Shown here piece by piece: positions 43,306-55,674 of a DNA stretch of 64,000 bases; the stretch's first letter is position 1, and every line of letters begins with the position of its first letter. Source of the stretch: Octopus sinensis (taxonomy: Eukaryota). Both the position numbers and the translations under genes were made by a program. Where the stretch lies: NCBI RefSeq assembly GCF_006345805.1, contig NC_042997.1:84754001-84818000 (forward strand), read 5' to 3'. The notes beneath the pieces were generated by a model, which worked only from the letters and a program-made list of their open reading frames with translations, did no database searches and was not told the origin of the DNA.

Positions 43306-43514
43306 TTTTGGTACATGTTCTCAGATTGCACTGTCCTGATATTGACACACAAACACTCTGAAATATTCGTATTAGAACTTCCTATGCTATTTTTCTTACA
43401 GACGGTGCCCAACAGACCCTACTATACTGTGTAGTCAACAAAATCAAACAAAAAAGGGGAATGCGTGAAATAGAAAATATAAAATGGCTACAATTTACTG
43501 ATTTACTGTGTATG

Positions 43515-43563
<49 letters not shown>

Positions 43564-43569
43564 GAAAAG

Positions 43570-43945
43570 TTGCAGAAATAGTATGAAGAGGAAAGTATGG
43601 AGCGGAGCTTATGAGCCGCACACAAGTGTACGAGTGGTTCACACCGAAAAAATATCGATATTGACGAACGTTGTCGGAGACCTGCAACCAGCAGAACTCA
43701 GTAAAGTATCGCAGATGTGCGTGCAGCTGTGAGGAGTAATCGTCGAATCACCATCCGTGAGTTATCAGAGGATATGCAGATAAGTTACTGTTCAGTTCAG
43801 TCCATTATTACTGGAGATTTGGCTATGAAACGCGTGTCAGCCAAATTTGTGCCCAAACTACTTTCAGCTAACCAAAATGACACTTAGGGTTCAGTTGCAC
43901 AAGATCTTCACTGCATCAAGAATGATGAAAACCTTTTGATAACTT
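43570..43945 (+). pseudogene. Mariner transposase N-terminal (HTH) remnant
   Basis: MSRTQVYEWF...RPATSRT...VRSNRRITIRELSEDMQISYCSVQSIITGDLAMKRVSAKFVPKLLS, where FVPKLL corresponds to the WVPHEL motif. Frameshifted. Confidence 0.8.
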
Positions 43946-45404
43946 TCCATAGGCCTCTGAGCAGGTATCGCAAAATTTGACGTTGATTCTCTGCTCAACT
44001 TTCTCTGTCTTGATCCATTCGACGATCACATGCTACACGCCTTCCTTCCAAGCACTGCTGTAAACAGCGGAGGTGAGCTAGGACGTTAAGACTTAGTACA
44101 CATGCACAGAAGAGTTCAAGGTCAATGTGTGCCAAGCGGCTTCACTCTGCGTGGTTTAGCATTGTTACTATGTCAACAGCCCGGATATATATATAAAAGA
44201 ATTTAAAGTGAACAGAAAATGGGGAAATACTTATCAACAACAATTGACTGACACCAATTATTACTTTTTAATACAAATAGACTGTATCCCATCTAACAGC
44301 TGTTTCTACTGCCAATGTTCTACGTTATTATCATTGAAAATTCTGAAAACAATATTTCATAAAGCGTTTGCCCATTCCCTTCCTCCTCAACTGCCTTAGT
44401 TCACAGTTGTCCAAATAGGGACCTCTCTAGGATTTAATGACAATACTGTTCATTCCTTCGCATTGTGCTTGTTTACATGCTTGTTTGTTTTTTTATATAC
44501 AATGTCCTAAGCGATTTAGGCCACTTACAACATATATTACTTTTCCATACTTTTATTTTTTTATGTATTTATATCTACTCGTATAACGGTCTTAATAGCT
44601 TGCCTTTTGCATTTAAATTTAACTGACCAATTATATCGAAAGCTGGGCTTTGATCAATCCCATTACGGGCAATAGGTGGTTGGTCTTTACAACATATCAG
44701 TAAGTAAATAATTGTAATCAATTGATGAGCATTTTATTACGATAAACTATTTAGTATTATTAACATAATTTCAAGAACTATAATAATTACTTCAAAACGT
44801 TATGGCACTCTCACACCCTTTTTGTCTAAACCTATTGGCGCATCCCGTAATGTTAAATTTTTTTATTCTACTTTTTTATTACTTATATACCCTGTTAACC
44901 CCATAGAAAAATTAACTTACCAATTAATATTTTAAGTTTAGTCATTTACTCAACGTCCTGAAGCGACACATGATTTAAATATATTAAGCTTTTATCTTCT
45001 TCTCCAGGCTCTTTTCTTTCCTTTTGTGTATTTTTCTTCACACTGATGATGCTCCAAGTTCCATATTGGATGTGTTACCAAATATGATGAACATTAATTT
45101 CAGAATTTTCAACAGCAATACCGTAGAATATTGGAAGCAGAAACAACGTTAGATGGGAAATAGTCTATTTGTATAAAAAGTAATAATTGATGTTAGGCAA
45201 TTATTGTTGATCAATATTTCTCCATTTTCTGTTTACTTTAAATTTGTTTCCTGATAAACTCATGTTTATCTTTGTCGTCGCCTGTAACCTATGAGCATGA
45301 TATGCTTGCATATGTATGTCCAGGGTTAACATAGATAATTATACCGGTAGTAAAACGGATATTTTTATCCCTTAGACGGTTATTTCAGCCCCTAATTCTA
45401 CTAA

Positions 45405-45452
<48 letters not shown>

Positions 45453-46420
45453 ATATATATCTGTGTGTGTGCGCGTTTGTATGTGTGTGTGCGTATTTAT
45501 ATCTACATATATAAGAATAGTATTGTTTTACTTTTTCTTGTTTCAGTCATTCGACTGTAGACATGCTGGGGCACTGCCTGGAAAAAATATGTATGTGTGT
45601 ATATATGTGTCTGTGTGCGTGTGTGTGTGTGCGTGAGTGCTTGTGTTTGTGTGTGTGTGAGTGTATCAGAGGCGACTCTAGGTCATCAGCGTCACTCGGA
45701 CTCATCACAGATTTCGCATAAAACACATGCCTGCTCGAAGAATTTCACGTTTTTCTGCTTTATTTCTTGTCCCAAATGGCTTAGTTTTTATATCTAGCAT
45801 TATGTCTTTCTCCATTTCTATGTTAAATTTAAAAATAAAGAAGCCCTGCTAAACACAGCTGATCTTTACACACAGACGCACAGAATAGCAGTAATCTATT
45901 AACGACAACGGAGTTCACGACAAACATCATCGATCTTTCTGTTGCCTATATTCTTGACAAGGGTAGCCAGTTAGTCTTCTACGCCTACCATATTTTTTTG
46001 TTCCTTTAAGAATAATGTAGTACGGAAACATTTCATAGACTGGAATTTAAACCCTGATATCAATAGAAATTTATTGTTTCAAGAAAACATTGAATTTAAA
46101 TTACTTTTAATTTTTACGATTATCAATAACAACTCAGGCTTTTGAGCCCGAGTCAAGCGCATCTAAACGATGTCGAGGGAACGTCTGCTGAGAATGATAG
46201 TTTTTGACACAGGGCACCTCTTAGACGACCGCCAGACGCTGAACGAAAATAAATGAGCTGCGACCAGGCTCAATCAAAGGAGCCCCAGTTATTGACTGCA
46301 ATTACATATTTGAAGTTAGTATTGGCAGAAAGTAAATCAGCTTGGAAATTCAGGTTCACGTTACTAAATTTATTCTCGCGCTAAGCCCGAACAACCCGAG
46401 TGCGGAGTCGCCACTGATAT

Positions 46421-46548
<128 letters not shown>

Positions 46549-46636
46549 ATATATATATATCCGAACTCGGAGTTTTAGCATGGCTGCCTAATATTGTCAC
46601 ATAGTATATTTATATATATATATATATATATATATG

Positions 46637-46668
<32 letters not shown>

Positions 46669-46728
46669 GTATGTATACATACATATATATACATATACAC
46701 ACGCGTGTGTGTGTATGTGTTTCAATTA

Positions 46729-47717
46729 TCTATATACATAAATAGTAATTTATGTCTGTTTGTGACTGTGTATATGTTTGTTACTTTAACTCTTCCGAGA
46801 CTTTCCTACCGATCTTGTTGAAATTTGACACGTGTGTGGTACTTATCTCCATGCTGTCACTTATGGACTTAGAATATAAAAAAAAAAAAAATCGATGATT
46901 TTTTAAATCAACATCTATTTTTCAAAACTCAATAGTGCATTTCAATGCAAATTCTCATATGAATGTTATTTTCTGCTTTAACTTTTAATGTTTCGATCCG
47001 ATTTTCTTGAAATTTTATACACAGATGAAACAAGCGCTATAAAGTTTTACCTAAGCCACTCAAGTAAAGAGTAAGATGTTTTTTTTTATTTTACTGATTA
47101 ACGAAATTTGGCCAAAATTGTTGTGGGGTCAAAATGTTCGTCAATTATTTCAGCATTCTCAGGTTGCTGTAATATGTATTTTTTCAACATCTGCACTTAA
47201 AATTATCAATTCGAAACGTTGCAGCGTTGTGTGCTAATACATGTAGCATGTATTTTATTAACACACTCACTTAAAATTAGCGATTCTAAACGTCGCAACC
47301 TTGTGTGCTAAAACATGTAACATCTATTTTCTTAACACCTGCACTTAAAATTGTCGGTTCTAACCTTTGCAATCGATATTTGAACCTCACGATCAGTGGA
47401 ACTATACCCATGAAACACAGTCGTCAAATAAAATGCCTTTTCTCTAAATAAGTTTTTGTTTACTTTTGAAACTTTACATCTCTTCTTGATGTTTCCATCG
47501 ATTATATACTTGCAACTTTTAACTCATCTGATCAAACAATTGTCATTTTTCGATTCCACACGTATTTATTTGTATTATTGTTTCGTGAATGAATTTGCTT
47601 ACGCCTTCTATTATCTGTCCTATGTCTTGATTTTATTTTTCGTCTGAGAGAAATTAGGCATTGTAATGGGCACTGGGAATATCCCCGCTCCCGTGTCTTA
47701 CCGGGTACCTCAACTAG
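46729..47717 (+). mobile_element. Non-autonomous Helitron-like element, about 990 bp
   Basis: 5' end A^TCTATATACATAAA (46729). 3' end has a GC hairpin CCCG-tgtcttac-CGGG, 8 nt of spacer, then CTAG^T (47714-47717). A^T target with no TSD, and an internal minisatellite. Confidence 0.7.
47168..47374. repeat. 74-bp minisatellite, about 2.8 copies, inside the Helitron
   Basis: Units start at 47168, 47242 and 47316 (TGTA.CAT.TATTTT...CACTTAAAATT...TTGTGTGCTAA.ACA). Confidence 0.85.
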
Positions 47718-48303
47718 TGTTGTTATAAAGATGAGAAATAACTGCAATGGTTAGGGTAATTCTTGTTATATCGCTTCATCTTGCTACTGGTGTAATTCCT
47801 TATTTCTGTCAATGTAGTTCTTTCTTTAACACTTCTCTTTACACTTAAAAGTCAAACTTCTAGCGAATTACTTGAGCTGAAATCAGTTGTGGGAATTTTG
47901 TTCGATTTAACTCTAAGTCATCTTGTTTTAAGAAGCATTTTTCCTCGTAAGACGCTGAATGTAATTCGAAGGAAGATTCCATGTGCCTTTGAGTGTGCGG
48001 ATTTCATAAATAGATTTTATATATTAGGTAATTCTCTATTATTGTGGTTCTTTCCGTTTTTAATTATAATTTTATACACACGCCGCCCCACAAAAAATAA
48101 CACCCATATACGCACACACATACACACACATACACACGCTCACACGCATACACACACACACACACAACACTCACACGCGCGAGAGTACATACACACGCAT
48201 ATAGAGAGCGGGAAAAAGATAAAGGGAAACGGAAAAAGAACGTCGCTGATTTCAGTCTAATATAGGAAAACACAAGTAAAACTCTCGCCTGGGAATACTA
48301 CGC

Positions 48304-48838
48304 CTCAAAAACATCGTCCTTTCGTCGTTGTTTGAACTGAAGAAGAAGCTGAATTATTTGTCAGAGCCATAAATAGATTGAAAATGCAATAAATAGATGA
48401 ATGATAAATAAATAAATTTGGGCTCTTCAACGGGACAATGTTTATGTAGAGCGGCCCAGCTTTAGAGAAGCTTTCAACGTTGACTTGAAGCTGCAACACG
48501 TTATTATGTTGATGGGGAGAATGTACACAAGACAGCTGATGCAATCAACTGTTTCTTGAAAACTTTAGAAATTTACACAGATATGGGCAGATTACCGAAG
48601 CTGAAATAAATGAAAACAAGAAAGTAGCTGACATTTGAGATGCTTATTTCTCACTGCTATTTCTCACCATCGACAAACAGACTGTTATTACAACAGGAAA
48701 GAATACAATAGTACAGTTTATAAATGATTCCTTGTAAGTCGCTCTCAGCACAGCCAGAGCAGTTCCCAAAAGCTATTGATATTAATGGACAGGTTCGTGT
48801 TTCTTTAATGGTGAATGTCATGCTAAATATAGTGCTAT
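48304..48838 (+). pseudogene. NAPA: Decayed intronless alpha-SNAP (NSF attachment protein) copy, probable retrocopy, 3'-truncated
   Basis: Manual translation gives colinear blocks matching alpha-SNAP as I recall it. TEEEAELFVRAINRLKMQ (48336) matches IEEACEIYARAANMFKMA. TGQCLCRAAQL*RSFQR*LEAATRYYVDGENVHKTADAINCFLKTLEIYTDMGR (48430-48591) matches AGNAFCQAAQLH...DAATCFVDAGNAFKKAD..EAINCLMRAIEIYTDMGR. AISHHRQTDCYYNRKEYNSTVYK* (48656) matches [36 protein letters not shown] (48757) matches EQYQKAIDIYEQV, followed by a frameshifted LKYSA. Several stops and frameshifts, and no introns. Confidence 0.88.
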
Positions 48839-49341
48839 AGGTAACCTCTCTCTCTTTCTCTGTCTCTCTTTCTTTCTCTCTCTTTCTCCTTTTGTCTGTC
48901 TGCCCGTCTATCTCTCTCTGTCTCTCTTTCTGTTTCTCTGTCTGTCTGCTTCTCTCTCTCTCTGTGCTCTGTAAGATTACGCTTGCTTATAATCTTATAA
49001 TCCCTCAAATTTGAAACTTCTTATAAACTAACGTCCTCCTGTTAGTTTATGTTATCTTAATACTCACATCCCTTTTAAATAAACCTAAAGAATTGTTTAA
49101 AGAAAATTGAATTGTATTTTATGTGTTCACTGGTGTTGCAAGTCTAATAGTAATGCTATTTGCAACACTAGTGAACGCACACAGACACAAACTCACATAG
49201 ATAAATGTTAATTATTTTTTTATGAAGCCAAAACAATGCGAGTTGTAAAAACTAATACAGATCGTAAATGTAAGGTAAAAGTACATCTCATTGACCTGCA
49301 TTACATTATATGACTTGCATTCTTTTGAAATTATAACAACA

Positions 49342-49500
49342 CTAGCTGAGGTACCCGGTAAGACCCGGGAGCGGGGATATTCCCAGTGCTTAGTTATGAT
49401 GCCCCAGCAACTGGATATAGTTCTCTTCTGCCTCCATTGCATTTCTTATAGGTTGTAATTATTCTTGGTGCTAGGGACAGGAGAAAGAATCTTTACTTAT
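49342..49500 (-). mobile_element. Second Helitron 3' end (short derivative), opposite orientation
   Basis: The reverse strand reads CCCGG-gtctta-CCGGG-tacctcag-CTAG^T. Its terminal 58 bp match 47671-47728 at 56/58. The 5' boundary is uncertain. Confidence 0.6.
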
Positions 49501-49524
49501 GATACTCAGTACCCAAAGTAATAG

Positions 49525-49922
49525 TCTCTCTCGTTTTTGTTTTCGTCATTAGTCTGTGGTCATGCTGGGGCATCACCTTGAAGGGTGTTAGTCGAACAAG
49601 TAAACCCTAGGACTTATTTCTTTAAACCCTAGTACATATTCTATCGATCTCTTTCGCTGAACCGCTAGATTACTGGGACATAAACACACAAACAGTGGTT
49701 GTTAAGCTATGGTAGGAAACAAATACGGACACAAAGACACGTACACGCGCACGTACACACAAACATATACACACGCATATATGACAGTCTTCTTTCAGTT
49801 TTCGTCTACTAAATCCACTCATAAGGGCTTATAGTAATAGTAAAACATATCCTCAAGGTTCCACGCAGCCCGACTGAACCCGAAACTATGTGGTTGGAAA
49901 GCAAGCTTCTTACCACGCCTCT
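49525..49922 (-). mobile_element. Family-2 SINE, diverged
   Basis: CTTCTTTCAGTTTTCGTCTACTAAATCCACTCA...GGTTGGAAAGCAAGCTTCTTACCAC. Confidence 0.82.
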
Positions 49923-50390
49923 GTGTGTGTGTTTTTTTTTCTGTTTTGCATTACGAATATGTAACTTAATGGTGTTAGTAAAACTTTAAGAGTAATGTGC
50001 AGACTCTCCCCGATGGCTAAATCATAAAATCATAAAAACGACCTTACCACAGCCCCTTCATCTGGTGCAGATTATTAATTAATCTCAGAACCAAAAAAAT
50101 CGATATAAAAACAAACTATCTCTATAAAAATTCAGCCTGCCTCTTCCCCAAACCACCATGCAGAAAAAAAGCCTAAAATTTTTTTTAATCAACATTTAAT
50201 CAACACAAGTTGTATTGTTTATCTATATAATTGCTTTTATTTCTCAGGAATTGTATATAGAATGTAACCCCTTCATGGGTCACCAAAGCTTTAAATTATT
50301 TGACAAATCATTAAACATCAGACATTTTTCTATGAATTCTATTCAAGATGGCTGATGGAAGTAAACAGTGTGTTTTATATATAAAATATC

Positions 50391-50472
<82 letters not shown>

Positions 50473-50564
50473 CGATGACGACGATGATGATGACGACGAT
50501 GATGACGATGATGATGATGACCACGACGATGACGATGATGATAATGATGATGATATACTATTAT

Positions 50565-50639
<75 letters not shown>

Positions 50640-50706
50640 GCGGCTGACGAAATACCCCTAAACATTTCGTCCAGCGTGCTAACGATTCTGTCAGCTCGCC
50701 GCCTTT

Positions 50707-50761
<55 letters not shown>

Positions 50762-50769
50762 TAATAATA

Positions 50770-51350
50770 ATGCCCTGATGCAGTACCAGACAGTGGCTCT
50801 CATGGCTTCTGATCTTAACTGATTGGAAGTGTTATCATGTACATTGTTTTGTCTTGGTATAAAAGATGGGCTACAGCAAATATTCTCTCAATACCACAGA
50901 TTTGCTTGTCAGTTGTTTGACCTTAACCAGTTGAGCATGTCCCTTAGTGGCTGACGATATATGCATCTCTGATCACGAGCAGAAGTAGTGGGGGAGCATC
51001 ATAGCCATGTGTTGAGAGGGATTCTTTGGGGTTTGAATAATTCACCTCTGGAAACATGGGTGGTTCTTTCAACATCCTTAAACAACCCTTACTCAGGGAC
51101 CGTTTGAGCGGGATGGGCTACTCAACCTGAAGAAAATTCTAACTGGGCCCCACCTGCAAGGTCATGTTTATCTTCATATGCTGTTTAAGGCTGTTTATCT
51201 TCATATGAGATCACCATATCGCGCACATATGGTTGTGATGCATGTGCCTGGTGTACCCTTATCAGACGGGTAGTCATGATGGGTATACTGGGCTTCGTAT
51301 ATTTTACCCCAGTGTCACTTTGATGGCATGCACTGCTCTCTCACTCAATA
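50770..51350. repeat. Unclassified ~580-bp interspersed repeat embedded in (AAT)n
   Basis: A complex, GC-richer block bounded by (AAT)n on both sides, with an internal 15-bp direct repeat GTTTATCTTCATATG. I recall similar sequence as an abundant octopus repeat. Only one copy is present here. Confidence 0.4.
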
Positions 51351-51529
51351 ATAATAATAATAATATAATAATAATAATCTTCTCTCTCTTAATTTTCATC
51401 CCCTCTTTCTCCTACCTATCCTTCAAACATCTATTCTGTTGTTTTTTCATCTTTTTTTTTTATATTTTAAACCATCGTAACATCTTTGTTATCTCATAAG
51501 TAAAAAATCACGGCAGCAACGATAATTCG

Positions 51530-51786
51530 AACATCTCTTGTGAAAGGTAAGAAAGTCCAGTTTGCTGGACATTTTATAGAGCTGGAAAAGAGGTAATTTC
51601 TACTCTTCTCCTCTGGAAGCCATCTACTCGCAATACCAGAGGGTGCACACTCTCCTACCCTGAGGTAATCTCCAGGGATACAGGCATCCAGTAACAGGAC
51701 CTCCGTAATGCCATGATGGACCGTGAAGTCTGGCGTAGAATGGTAAATTCCATTGTCTCGACCACGGTCGAACAATGATGATGATC
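51530..51786 (+). mobile_element. 3' end of an RTE-like LINE with (GAT)n tail
   Basis: VQFAGH, then after a frameshift YRAGKEVISTLLLWKPS...SYPEVISRDTGIQ*QDLRNAMMDREVWRRMV, ending in GATGATGAT. Confidence 0.75.
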
Positions 51787-51895
51787 AAAGTAAAAAAAAA
51801 TAGTGTAAAAGAAATAATTATTAGTAAGATTTATATTAAAAAAGAATAGTTAAAAAAAGTTTTTTAAACTTCATGTTTATGATAAAGAAATGACG

Positions 51896-52375
51896 AGTAA
51901 CGGCTAATAATCTTTTCTACTATAGGCGCAAGACCTGAAATTTTGTGGTGGGGCAGGTGGGAGAGGAGTAATTAATTACATCTGACTGGTACTCATTCCA
52001 TCGGTTCGAAGGAGGTTAGTTTATCTACCTCGACGGATGAAAGACAAAGTCGACCTCAGTGGAATTTGAACTCAGATTGTAAAAATGGACGAAATGCTGC
52101 TAAACATTTCGTTCAGCGTGCTAACGATTCCACAAGCTCGCACCGCCTCAGTAATCGCTAATAATCCTTTCTGCTATAGGCACAAAACCTGAAATTTTGT
52201 GGTGGGGTAGGTGGGGGAGAAGTAATTAATTGCATCTGACTGGTACTTATTCTATCGGTTCGAAAAAGATGAAAAGCAAAGTTGACCTCGGCGGAATTTA
52301 AAATAAGAACGTAAAGACAGCCGAAAAACCGCTAATGACCCTGCCAGGTCACCACTTTAGTAATCGGTAATAATA
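51896..52375 (-). mobile_element. Two tandem family-1 SINE copies
   Basis: Units start at 51896 and 52150 and share distinctive internal sequence and flank. Confidence 0.88.
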
Positions 52376-52380
52376 ACAGC

Positions 52381-52690
52381 GTGGAGGCACATGGCCTAGT
52401 GGTTAGAGCAGCGGGCTCACGGTCGAGGGATCGCGGGTTCGAATCTCAGACCAAGCGATGTGTGTGTTTATGAGCGAAACACCTAAGCTCCACGTAGCTG
52501 CGGCAGAGGGTAAAGGCGAACTTCTGCTTACTCTTTCGCCACGACTTTCTCTCACTCTTTCCTCCTGCATCTTGCAGCTCACCTGCGACGGACCGGTGTC
52601 ACGTCCAGGTGGGGAACCTATACGCCAAGGAAACCGGGAAACCGGCACTATGAGCCAGGCATGGCTTCAGAAGGAACAAACAACAATTAT
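52381..52690 (+). mobile_element. Family-3 tRNA-derived SINE (central part resembles the Meta-SINE domain)
   Basis: A-box TGGCCTAGTGGTTAG and B-box GGTTCGAATC; central CCTGCGACGGACCGGTGTCACGTCCAGG...GGAAACCGGG; (AAC)n tail. More decayed relatives at about 54193-54465 and possibly 39560-39700. Confidence 0.7.
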
Positions 52691-53252
52691 AACAGCACAA
52701 GTGCTGTTGCCGGCACCATTGTTTTTCACGTACTTGTTTTCTCAAAGACGTTTCAACCATTATCATTCATCTCTTTTTATACTTTTTATATATATGGGTC
52801 TATACTGTGCAATTTCACCTCACTCCTTGAAGGTATATTGGTGCTATTTCACCAATACTACTTAACTTGGCGATCCTGGGAGTGGAGAGCAAAGTCGACA
52901 GTGAAGTGAATAGAACGCTGAAAGGTAAAGTGAGGAGTGGGGGTGGGGATAAGAAAATACGACAATAAACTTTGTCCGCCATCTTGTTTTTTTCTGGCAG
53001 CCTGCAACTACCTAATATATATTAAAAGCGATGGAAACAATACCAATATTTTTCATATCAACATCGTCATCGTTATCATCAACATCATAATCCTCATCAC
53101 AACTATCACGTCCCTAACCACCACCTGACCCCATCAAGATCATCATGATGATCATCATCATAAACAACATCAACGTCGTTGCTGTCGCAGCTGCAGAATA
53201 TGCAATATTCAAATCAGCAGCAGCGGTATTATTGTTATTATTATTATTATTA

Positions 53253-53300
<48 letters not shown>

Positions 53301-53326
53301 CATCATTATCATTATTATTATTATTA

Positions 53327-53374
<48 letters not shown>

Positions 53375-53780
53375 GTAGTAGTAGTAGTAGTAGTAGTAGT
53401 AGCAGTAGTAACAAACCGGTATGGAACAAGAAGAACACTGCACAGAATATTAAGTATGTTTTCAAGATTATAATGGAGTTTACACAGAAAACAAACAAGT
53501 AGAAAGAAACAAGAGTAATAAAAGAGACAAAAAATAAAAACATTAGAAAAAACAAGACGAAACAAAACAAAGAAACGAAATGAACGTAAGATTTATGATG
53601 GAAGTAATTTATTAACAATATTCAAGTTATACACGAGTGAACAATAATCATTTTTTCATTTGTCTCGCAAGGTCCGAGCTATTGACTTTCGTTCTAATAG
53701 TCTTTCTATCGTTGATGGTATTCTTTAGAACATCATATTAATATATATGTATGTATGTATATATATATGTATATATATGT

Positions 53781-53889
<109 letters not shown>

Positions 53890-53938
53890 GTATATATATA
53901 CATATATGTATACACACATATATATACATACACATATG

Positions 53939-53970
<32 letters not shown>

Positions 53971-54464
53971 TATATACATACACACATATGTATATATATA
54001 TTTATATATTATATATATATATGTATGTATATGTTTCTATGTATCTGTATGTATGAATATATATGCATATGTGTGTATCTAAACTACTATCGAACACAAG
54101 CACACATATAAAAACAGATACACAGGCACGTGCAAACAAAATAAACATGTATGTGTGTGTCTGTATGTGTGTTTGTGTGTGTGTGCCTGTGTGTGAAGAC
54201 GTAGCCTAGTGGTCAGGGCGATGCACTCACGATCACAAGGTCGTGGTTTCACCAGATCAGCGGTGTTGTGACTTTATGCAATATATTTCCTTTCAAGTTG
54301 ACCCGGTACCACTTACCTGTAAATGCGACGAATTGGCATTCCGCTCGGGGAAAATGATGGCCTGCCTGCCTACCCACAAGGAAGGCTACATTTAAAAGCA
54401 ACAACAGTACAAGGAAATGTATCGTTTCCCCAGGTGTGTATATAGCAGCATCCAAGTCTGGTCG

Positions 54465-54546
<82 letters not shown>

Positions 54547-54853
54547 AAAAAAAGTAGTTTGAAAACGCCACTATATAAAATAAATTTTAATTTTCTTAGA
54601 GATTTTACATGTTTCGGTTCTTCTTGAAAAAACGAACCTTATCAAAAATATTTTTAAAAGTTAAGTGTAATAAAATAATGTTCATAATTGTTTCTTACTG
54701 GTCTCAACAGAGTCCACGTGGTGGTGTTTTGCGGCGAGGAGCATAATGGGTGTCTTTTGTGTTGACTAGAATCGTTGGCGGTAATCTTGAAAATGTCCGT
54801 TGGCCGTAATAGCAGTAGTAGCAGAGTACGTTGGTCGTAGTAGTAGAAGTGAC

Positions 54854-54908
<55 letters not shown>

Positions 54909-55246
54909 GGGGTCACTCGCATTTTTCTGTTTTCTTTTTCGTTTTCTGGTTTTTCAACCTTCCATGTTTTACATCTACTACTTTCTCGTCTTTTCCTGCT
55001 TCTTTTTTCTCGCATCCTCTTGTTTTGTTTTTAGCTTATTATATCATGTGGGAACAACCTGAGGGTTGTGCGAAATCACCAGACGCGTTAAAAAATGCGG
55101 CTTCAGCTTTTTTCATCGCATGAAACTAATACTAGCTCATAAAGATATATGTTGTGTTTATTAAATAATAGCCATCTCTTACCAGATGGAGTACTTTTTT
55201 CTATTGATCTTACCATCATGGTAGGATTCTGTGTGTGTGTGTGTGT

Positions 55247-55280
<34 letters not shown>

Positions 55281-55674
55281 GTGTGTGTTTGTGTGTGTGT
55301 CCTTCTCCCTTCTTCCCTTTGGAGTTCCCTCTTTTTCCACTTCCGAAGAAGAGCTATGCTCGAAACGTAAAACAACTACTCTCTCCCTTCTCTGAGCGTC
55401 ATACTAACACATTGCTTGAGCTACGTCAACAAGTTTGTTTGTTATTTTCTTTTTTCGGTGTTTTTTTTAATTGACTATATATATACAAACATGCACACAC
55501 ACACTCACATATAGAGAGATATATACATATATAGATATCGTCTTTGTATTTGGCTTGCAAGATTTTTATGAGTTGTGAAGCAGATTTTGTTGTATCCCGG
55601 TAGGTCATTATGCAAAGAATAACACACGCACCGATTCTATCTCTCTTCTTTTACTATTACTATTACTCAGATCG

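Noticed and set aside
47168-47374. CRISPR-like array
   Set aside because: The units are contiguous diverged tandem repeats without unique spacers, in eukaryotic DNA.
47671-49388. CACTA/CMC transposon as the primary call
   Set aside because: There is no TSD, and the hairpin-plus-CTAG structure with a matching A^TC 5' end at 46729 fits Helitron termini better. Kept only as an alternative.
52381-52455. tRNA gene
   Set aside because: A and B boxes are present, but there is no acceptor stem and the sequence continues into a SINE body.
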